From Candidatus Multivoradales bacterium (GTDB lineage: Bacteria > Acidobacteriota > Thermoanaerobaculia > Multivoradales > J023), in NCBI GenBank assembly GCA_965248925.1, contig CBDFLE010000006.1, positions 4,256,001 through 4,320,000 of the forward strand: DNA of 64,000 nucleotides. The letters are read 5' to 3'. The translations under genes were made by a program, and so were the position numbers. Below the pieces are notes generated by a model. The model saw only the letters and a program-made list of their open reading frames with translations, searched no databases and was not told the origin of the DNA. Positions 57,560 to 64,000 of this stretch are shown in pieces; the first letter of the stretch is position 1, and each line of letters starts with the position of its first letter.

Positions 57560-58336
57560 TCAGCCCAGCAGCTGTCTGACTCTGCCGCGGCGGTAGGCGC
57601 GGCTGATGATCAGCCGGCAGCCGTCGTCGAGTTCGACCACCGACTCGGTGCCGAATCCCGGTCGGATGCGGCGGATGCGGTCGATATTGATCATCGTCGA
57701 ACGGTGGATGCGCAGGAAGCGCTGCGGGTCGAGCTTGGCTTCGATGGTGGTCATGGTGGAGCGCATGCGGTGGCACTTTTGGCCGACGTGCAGCTTGACG
57801 TAATTGCGGGCCGCTTCGATCCAGTCGATTTCCTCGACTCTGACGAAGGTCGCGCTGGAGCCCTTGCGCACCACCAAGCGCTCGGCGAAGGTCGGGCCAG
57901 GGTCTTCTTTCGGCTCAGCGGCTAACGCGAGCAAGCCATCGAGCCGTTCTTCGAGTTCGTGCAGACGGCGTTGGCGGTGGTGAGCGAGGGCCTTGTCGAC
58001 GGCGCGATCAAAGCGCTGACGGTCGAAGGGTTTGAGCAAGTAATCGACCGCGTCCCACTCGAAAGCGTCCGCCGCGTGTTCGGCAGCGTTGGTGATGAAA
58101 ATGATGTCCGGCCGGGTCCCGCCATTGAGCTTCTCGAGCACCTCGAAGCCTCCCAAGTCGGGCATCTGGATACCGAGGAACACCAAGTCCGGAGAATACT
58201 CGCGAATTGCCGCCAAGGCTTCCAGGCCATTGCGGCATTCCGCGCGGATGTGGATTTGCCGGCGATGGGTGAGCAAATCCCGCATCTGTTCGCGGACCAG
58301 TGGCTCTTCGTCGACGATGATGGTCTGCAGGGTCAT
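57560..58336 (-). CDS. LytTR family response regulator with atypical receiver
   Basis: DYLLKPF, IDWIEA..NYV, FLRIHRS; LVFLGIQMP lacks the phospho-Asp. Confidence 0.9.
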   Translation of the reverse strand: MTLQTIIVDEEPLVREQMRDLLTHRRQIHIRAECRNGLEALAAIREYSPDLVFLGIQMPDLGGFEVLEKLNGGTRPDIIFITNAAEHAADAFEWDAVDYLLKPFDRQRFDRAVDKALAHHRQRRLHELEERLDGLLALAAEPKEDPGPTFAERLVVRKGSSATFVRVEEIDWIEAARNYVKLHVGQKCHRMRSTMTTIEAKLDPQRFLRIHRSTMINIDRIRRIRPGFGTESVVELDDGCRLIISRAYRRGRVRQLLG

Positions 58337-58649
58337 GGTGAAGTACCTCCGAGGTAATCCCTGTGGACACTTGGGCCAGGGGAAGGGTCTCGCAGCTTGA
58401 GCAGACGACGGGGCAAATGTTGTCGTCGCGGTGAGCCTCCCCCCCGAGGTGTATACGGTGAGAATCGGCCTGAGTTACAGTGAATCTACGCAGTGGATCT
58501 GTGCGGCGGATCCATTAGAGTCGTGCCCTAAAGTCTGCGCCGCGACTATTGGTGACAATGTGTCGACTCGGTTTCGCTTGAGGGAAGCTCTGGATCAATA
58601 GTGGCCTCCACCGACCTTAGCGGAATGGGAAGTCCTAGAGGAGAGTCCG

Positions 58650-59228
58650 TTGAGTGATGCCAATGATGTTGACCGAGGCGCGGTGACTGTGCTGCTGATG
58701 GCTTGGCGAGACGGTGACGAGCAAGCCAGGGACCGGCTGGTGCAGGTGGTCTATGACGAACTCCACCGTTTGGCCCACCACTATCGGGCGGGAGAGGGGT
58801 CGAAAGGCTCCTTGCAAACCACCGAGCTTGTTCACGAAGCCTACCTGCGGCTGGTCGACTCGCGCGTTGACTGGCGCGGGCGCCGACATTTTTTTGGCAT
58901 TGCCGCTCGGTCGATGCGCCAGATCTTGGTGGATCGGGCGCGGCGGGCAAGGGCCGCGAAGCGGGGTGGCGGGGAAGCGGACTTGCCTCTTCTCGAACCT
59001 GATCTGGCGCGATTTCCCGCTCGCGATTTGGTCGATCTCGACGATGCCCTGGCGGGGCTGGCGGTGGTCGACAAACGCAAAGCCAAAGTGGTCGATCTGC
59101 ACTACTTCGCTGGCCTGACCATCCCCGAAACCGCTCGCCTGATGGCGCTCTCTACCGCCACGGTCGAGCGCGACCTGCGCGTTGCCAAGGCCTGGTTGGC
59201 GCAGGAGATGGGGGCCGATGGAAACTGA
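58650..59228 (+). CDS. ECF sigma factor (STK-associated, TIGR02999-like)
   Basis: VTVLLMAWRDGD, LQTTELVHEAYLRL, MRQILVDRAR..KRGG, TVERDLRVAKAWL. Confidence 0.92.
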   Translation: MSDANDVDRGAVTVLLMAWRDGDEQARDRLVQVVYDELHRLAHHYRAGEGSKGSLQTTELVHEAYLRLVDSRVDWRGRRHFFGIAARSMRQILVDRARRARAAKRGGGEADLPLLEPDLARFPARDLVDLDDALAGLAVVDKRKAKVVDLHYFAGLTIPETARLMALSTATVERDLRVAKAWLAQEMGADGN

Positions 59229-61551
59229 ACGCTGGAGTCAGGTAGAGGGTCTCTTTCTGCGCTGTGAGGGCCTGACGAAGGATGCCCAGCGCCAGCTGCT
59301 GGAGGGCGCCTGCGGCGATCAGCCAGATCTCCGTCAACAGGTCGAAGGGATGCTGGCGGGTGACCGGCTCGGCACCGATTGGATGGGGCGGATGATCCGC
59401 CAAGCGCTGGTTCAGGAGCCCGAGGCCCGACCACGGCGAATCGGCCGCTACCGTTTGCTCGGTGAACTCGGTCGCGGTGGTCTGAGCACCGTTCACCTGG
59501 CCGAACGGGCCGATGATCAATACCGTCAGCGGGTTGCCCTCAAGCTGGTGCGGCGGGGCTTGGAGAGTGATGAGACGCTGCGCCGGATGCGTCGCGAACG
59601 GCAGATCCTGGCCGATCTCGAACACCCCAACATCGCCCGCTTGCTCGATGGCGATGCCACTGCCGACGGCGTGCCCTATTTCGTCATGGAGCATATAGAG
59701 GGCCAGCCGATTGCCGCCTACGCCGAACAGCACCGGCTGTCTCTCGACAGTCGCTTACGGCTGGTGGAGCAGGTTTGCGCGGCGGTGCATCACGCTCACC
59801 AGCGCTTGGTGATCCACCGTGACATCAAGCCCTCGAACATTCTGGTGACTGCCGAGGGCGTGCCTAAGTTGCTCGACTTCGGCATTGCCAAATTGTTCGA
59901 TCCGGGGGCCGAAGCCAGCGCCACGGTTACCGGCCAAGGATGGATGACCCCTGAGTACGCCAGCCCCGAGCAGGTACGCGGGGAGGCGCTGACCACCGCG
60001 ACGGATATCTATTCCCTGGGAGTGCTGCTCTACCAGTTGCTTACCGGCATCTCACCGCAGCAAGTCCAAGGGCGGAAGTTGCGGGAGTTGGAAGAAGCCA
60101 TCTGCGAGATGGAGCCACCGCGGCCATCGCTAGCGGTGCGGCAGCTCGAGAGAGAATCGCTGGCGGGCCTGGAGCATTCCACCAGAAAGCTCGCTGAGCG
60201 TCTGAGTGGTGATCTGGACAACATCATCCTCAAAGCGATGCGCAAGCAGCCGGCTGACCGCTATTCTTCGGCCGAGCGGCTGGCGGAAGACCTGCGCCGC
60301 TATCGCCTGTCGCTGCCGGTCAGTGCCCGGCCAGCCACCTGGGGTTATCGGGTGGGGCTCTTTGTCCGCCGCCAGCGGAAGGTGGTGATCGGCGGTCTGT
60401 TGGCTGCTGCTGCGCTGCTAGCGGCGCTGATCGCCGTCGGTTGGCAGGCGCGGGCCGCCCATCGCCAGCGGCACGAGGCGGAGGCTACTCTGGACCTGCT
60501 GTTCAGGATCTTCGACGTGGATGGCCTCAAAGAGAAGATCGATATGCACCAGCTGGTTGAGCGAGGAATTGAGGCGGCTGAGGAGATGGACACTCGGCGT
60601 CCGGCCACTCAGGCCGAACTCTTCGACTTCTTTGGTGGTTTGTACATTGTGCTGGGCACTTACGACGATGCGGGCCACGCTTTCGAGCGGTCCGTCGAGG
60701 TGGGCCGGCAGCTTTTTGCCGCGGGTGACCTTCGGTTGGCAGATGCGCTCAATAGTCTCGGTGAGGTGCGCTTTTGGCAAAGGGATCTGGGCGCGGCTCA
60801 GCAGGCTTTTGAAGAAGCGCTGGAGATCCGCCGCCAGGCGTTGGGCGACCTCCACCTAGACACCGACGAGATCGTGATCAACCTCGGCACCCTGGCGCGC
60901 CACGCCGGTGATCTGGAGCGCGCGAAGTCGCTGTTGACGAACGCCATCGAGCGCCACCCGCAAGCGTTGGCAGAGGGCCACCCTGACCTGCTTTCGGCGT
61001 TGGAGAGCTTGGGATTAGTGTACAGCCTGCAAGATGACTTCGATCGCGCTGAGCAGCAAGTCCGGCGTAGTCTTGAGTTGCGCTTGGCGACCCGTGGCAG
61101 CGATCACCCCGAGGTGGCGATCACCCACGGTCAGCTAGCCGCCATCCTGCACCACCAGGGTGAACTGGAGGCGGCGGAGAGGCATTTCACTGAGACTCTG
61201 AGAATATTGCGATTGGCTTACGGCGATCACCACGTCAGGCTGGTCTCAGTGTTGATCAACCTGGCGGCCTTGCGCCAGGAGCAGGGCCGGATCGAGGAAC
61301 AGGAGAAGGTGCTGCGTGAGGCTTTGGAGGTCGCCGAAGAGAACTACAGCGAAACCCACCCGCGGCGGATTGATGCCGTGCTCCTCCTGGCCCGGTTGCT
61401 GGCAGAGACCGACCGCTGCGGCGAGGCCCGGCCGCTGTTGGCTCAGGCCCTCGGCACCCTTCGAGAAACTGAAGAAGAAGACTCGCCCCAGCTGTCGTGG
61501 AGTGAGTCTCTACTGGCTTCCTGCACAGCGTTGCCTTTACCTTCGGGCTGA
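59218..61551 (+). CDS. Ser/Thr protein kinase with TM segment and TPR sensor domain
   Basis: LGRGG, VALK, HRDIKPSN, LLDFG, TPEYASPEQ; C-terminal TPRs. Confidence 0.93.
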   Translation: METERWSQVEGLFLRCEGLTKDAQRQLLEGACGDQPDLRQQVEGMLAGDRLGTDWMGRMIRQALVQEPEARPRRIGRYRLLGELGRGGLSTVHLAERADDQYRQRVALKLVRRGLESDETLRRMRRERQILADLEHPNIARLLDGDATADGVPYFVMEHIEGQPIAAYAEQHRLSLDSRLRLVEQVCAAVHHAHQRLVIHRDIKPSNILVTAEGVPKLLDFGIAKLFDPGAEASATVTGQGWMTPEYASPEQVRGEALTTATDIYSLGVLLYQLLTGISPQQVQGRKLRELEEAICEMEPPRPSLAVRQLERESLAGLEHSTRKLAERLSGDLDNIILKAMRKQPADRYSSAERLAEDLRRYRLSLPVSARPATWGYRVGLFVRRQRKVVIGGLLAAAALLAALIAVGWQARAAHRQRHEAEATLDLLFRIFDVDGLKEKIDMHQLVERGIEAAEEMDTRRPATQAELFDFFGGLYIVLGTYDDAGHAFERSVEVGRQLFAAGDLRLADALNSLGEVRFWQRDLGAAQQAFEEALEIRRQALGDLHLDTDEIVINLGTLARHAGDLERAKSLLTNAIERHPQALAEGHPDLLSALESLGLVYSLQDDFDRAEQQVRRSLELRLATRGSDHPEVAITHGQLAAILHHQGELEAAERHFTETLRILRLAYGDHHVRLVSVLINLAALRQEQGRIEEQEKVLREALEVAEENYSETHPRRIDAVLLLARLLAETDRCGEARPLLAQALGTLRETEEEDSPQLSWSESLLASCTALPLPSG

Positions 61552-61685
61552 TCCCGATCGGTGGGAATCACTAATCTTCCACTGCCGATGAGGGGATTGG
61601 ACCGCGTTCTGCGCATGTCTCTCCAAAGAGCTGCTCTGTGCTCTGCAACGTTTTCCGTTTTGGTTTTGATCAAGGAGGATTCGAC

Positions 61686-62540
61686 GTGTTCCCAGGCAAT
61701 TCAGTGTTGGTCACGATCAACAATGTCGGTAGAGTGCGTCGGGCCGCGGCGATGGTCTGTTTCTTCATAGCCTTTGTAAGCGGAAGTGTGAGCGCATTGG
61801 AGATCATCAGTGTTTCGCCGTCGACGGCAGTCCCCGGTGACTTGGTGACGATCCAAGGGTCCGGATTCGATACCTCGGTGGACAATACCTTGGTGACGGT
61901 GAATTCGCTGGGTAAGCGGGTTGTGCTGAATGTGCTGTCCGCCACTACCGACATGTTGTTGTGCGAGGTGGGGGGAGCTGCGGAGCCGATGGTGGGGGTT
62001 CTGCTCGTCACCAGCGGCCAGACTGCGCACCTCCCCGTCGGTATGACCTATCCGGTCGGTCATGGCGTTTATGAGATTGTTTCCGCGCGAGTGTTCGAGG
62101 GGAATGTTCATTCGGCGTCAGCTAGGCCCTTCACTATTTCTGATGCTTCCGAATGGGTTATTGGTTCAGAGTCGAGCAGCTCCACGTTGCTCTTGAATCT
62201 CGAGGATGAAAACCACGCTTTGGCCAGTGGGGAGGAGGTCAAGAGTAACTCCGTGGATTCTATGTGTGAAGCAATTCAAGATTGTATTGTTGTTTCCAGG
62301 CCGGGCTATTTCCCACTTCCGGATTCTGTGATCGGGGTGGCCGTGGAGACTTTCTATTACCCCAATTCTGACAAGCCGGTTTCAGCTGATGTCCGGGCGT
62401 CTGACAGAGCTGGGATTCTTAATCTTGCTTTTGCCCAGTGGGGTCTGGTCGCGGCTGCGAATGGGTCGGTAGTGGGGGTCGAGTTTGTTGGCGTACCGCT
62501 GCTTGACGGTGCGTATATTTCCCAGATCGTTTTCCCCTGA
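61686..62540 (+). CDS. Secreted IPT/TIG domain protein
   Basis: AGGAGG + GTG; signal peptide; IISVSPSTAVPGDLVTIQGSGF. Confidence 0.75.
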   Translation: MFPGNSVLVTINNVGRVRRAAAMVCFFIAFVSGSVSALEIISVSPSTAVPGDLVTIQGSGFDTSVDNTLVTVNSLGKRVVLNVLSATTDMLLCEVGGAAEPMVGVLLVTSGQTAHLPVGMTYPVGHGVYEIVSARVFEGNVHSASARPFTISDASEWVIGSESSSSTLLLNLEDENHALASGEEVKSNSVDSMCEAIQDCIVVSRPGYFPLPDSVIGVAVETFYYPNSDKPVSADVRASDRAGILNLAFAQWGLVAAANGSVVGVEFVGVPLLDGAYISQIVFP

Positions 62541-62599
62541 CCGCGACGCCTGGTCGGCGTCGGGTCTTCATTGCAATGCCTTGAGAAAGGAGGTCTCTC

Positions 62600-63448
62600 A
62601 TGAGACGTCTAGGGTTCGCTATGCTTGTTTTCGCCTTGTTCTGTTGGGTCGCTACCCCCGCAATGGCTGCGGTGTTGAAGGTGCCAACGGGATTCCTCAC
62701 TATCCAAGACGCCATCAACGCCGCCTCGCCTGGCGACACCATCGTCATCCACGATGGTCTCTACAATGAGAACTTGAAGATAATAGGCAAGAACAATCTA
62801 CATTTAGTGGCGGCGCAGGTGCCGGCCAATGTTGGCGTTCGAGCGGTTGGAATTGGCGCTAGTTTTCCGTTTGGAGTGCAGGTTGTGGGTGTGTTCGATC
62901 CGGGAACACCTTGCCTGCTGATCGAAGACAGCCACCGTGTCTCGATCGTCGGGTTGGCGTTCACGAGCTGTGAAGGACCCGGAATTCGCGTGCTGGGAAC
63001 TGGGCCGCCGATCCGTGACGTTCGACTCTACTCTGTCCAGGTCGATTTGGTGAATGGGGCCGGAATTGAGATTCTCAACGCTCGCCGGGTGCAGGTGCTG
63101 AGTAGTGAGGCGTCGCTGTCGAACTCGTCGAGCGGCTTGGTTGTCGACGGCATCGATTGCCTGGTGGCTGATAGCGTTTTCGCCAACAGCCTCGACGCTG
63201 GCGTGCTGGTCACTGCGAGTAGCAACCGAACACAGGTGATCAACAATGCTGCTGGTGGCAACAGCGTTGGTATTTACGATCTAGGATCACAGTCTCGTGT
63301 CGAGCGGAATTCTGCGTTTTCGAACCCATCTTGCGATATCGACATCGCGATCCCAGCGTCTTTTGCCGACATTGCTGGCAATGAGGCCGGCGTTTACTGT
63401 CTGGGCGGAATCATGATGTCGCCGCCGCCGCTCGGCGAGAATATGTAG
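62600..63448 (+). CDS. Secreted right-handed beta-helix (pectin lyase-like) protein
   Basis: Signal peptide; VPTGFLTIQDAINAASPGDTIVIHDGLYNE; N/G-rich coils. Confidence 0.82.
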   Translation: MRRLGFAMLVFALFCWVATPAMAAVLKVPTGFLTIQDAINAASPGDTIVIHDGLYNENLKIIGKNNLHLVAAQVPANVGVRAVGIGASFPFGVQVVGVFDPGTPCLLIEDSHRVSIVGLAFTSCEGPGIRVLGTGPPIRDVRLYSVQVDLVNGAGIEILNARRVQVLSSEASLSNSSSGLVVDGIDCLVADSVFANSLDAGVLVTASSNRTQVINNAAGGNSVGIYDLGSQSRVERNSAFSNPSCDIDIAIPASFADIAGNEAGVYCLGGIMMSPPPLGENM

Positions 63449-63482
63449 TTATCGAGCGGTTTCGTAGCCGCCTGCAAGCCGT

Positions 63483-64000
63483 TCAGGCGCGCATCCGCTC
63501 GGGGCGGAAGAAAGGTGTTTCGACCACCCGAGCCGGGGCCCGCCGACGGCTGTAGTCGACGGTGATTTCCATCTCTAGCTCGCTGCCGAGCCGGCTCCAA
63601 TGGGTTTCTACCGAGGCCAGCGCGATGTACTTTTTGAGTAGCGAGGACCAGCAGCCGGAGGTGGCGCGACCGACCTGACGGCCCTCGGCATAGACCGGCA
63701 CCGGGTCGCGCCAGGCGACCGACGGCAGCTCGGGCATCAGGCCGGCGCTGGCGTAGAGTTCTTCCAGGGGCTCCCAGGCGATCTCCAAACCGACCAAGCT
63801 CCAAGCGCTGCCCTTGGACTGCTCTTGCGCCAGTGCCTGGTGGCCGTTGCAGGCCACTTGCTTGTCCAGTTTGACCGCCCAGCCGAGGCCGAGTTCGTAA
63901 GGAGAGGACAGCTGCGAAGGGATCTGCACTTGCTCGGCAGGCTGGTAGTCGACACCGATCAGGATGAAGCCGGCCTCGACTCGAGAGATGTCCATCGCCA
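63483..64000 (-). CDS. Aminomethyltransferase (GcvT-like) family protein, 3' part (truncated by window edge)
   Basis: RVEAG..SPYELGLGWAV..GRATSGCWS..IALA..PFFRPER. Confidence 0.88.
   Translation of the reverse strand, partial: AMDISRVEAGFILIGVDYQPAEQVQIPSQLSSPYELGLGWAVKLDKQVACNGHQALAQEQSKGSAWSLVGLEIAWEPLEELYASAGLMPELPSVAWRDPVPVYAEGRQVGRATSGCWSSLLKKYIALASVETHWSRLGSELEMEITVDYSRRRAPARVVETPFFRPERMRA

Overview
High-GC bacterial window. The gene content (multiple CRTAC1/ASPIC-UnbV proteins, an ECF sigma plus Ser/Thr kinase pair, sigma54 activators, a sulfatase-like protein) suggests Acidobacteriota/Thermoanaerobaculia; this is inference only. In order: nitronate monooxygenase; a nucleotidyltransferase pair and a RelE-type TA pair; a cluster of four FG-GAP/ASPIC-UnbV proteins plus a TPR protein (one gene frameshifted), split by an opposite-strand PG-binding/HEXXH toxin-like pair; nitrilase; two paralogous RAYT-like HUH transposases with dispersed REP-like palindromes; ISL3 and HigB remnants; sulfatase; DUF2157/GDYXXLXY pair; MazEF-like pair; an XRE regulator divergent from a triple-repeat protein, a 2856-aa TcB/TcC-like Rhs protein and a PI-PLC; RidA, a PabC-like enzyme and a two-component system; an FHA-sigma54 activator; a TolC gene interrupted by two tandem copies of a 2529-bp IS; amidohydrolase; an atypical LytTR regulator; ECF-STK with two secreted proteins; a partial GcvT-like gene. 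The most striking unexplained signal is the 1.2-kb gap at 42.6-43.8 kb. It holds two tandem paralogous units, each with palindromic enhancer sites, a consensus sigma54 promoter and a predicted RNA closed by a ~28-bp covarying stem around a CA(U/C)C-rich loop, i.e. candidate novel sigma54-dependent ncRNAs. No rRNA, tRNA or CRISPR array was seen.
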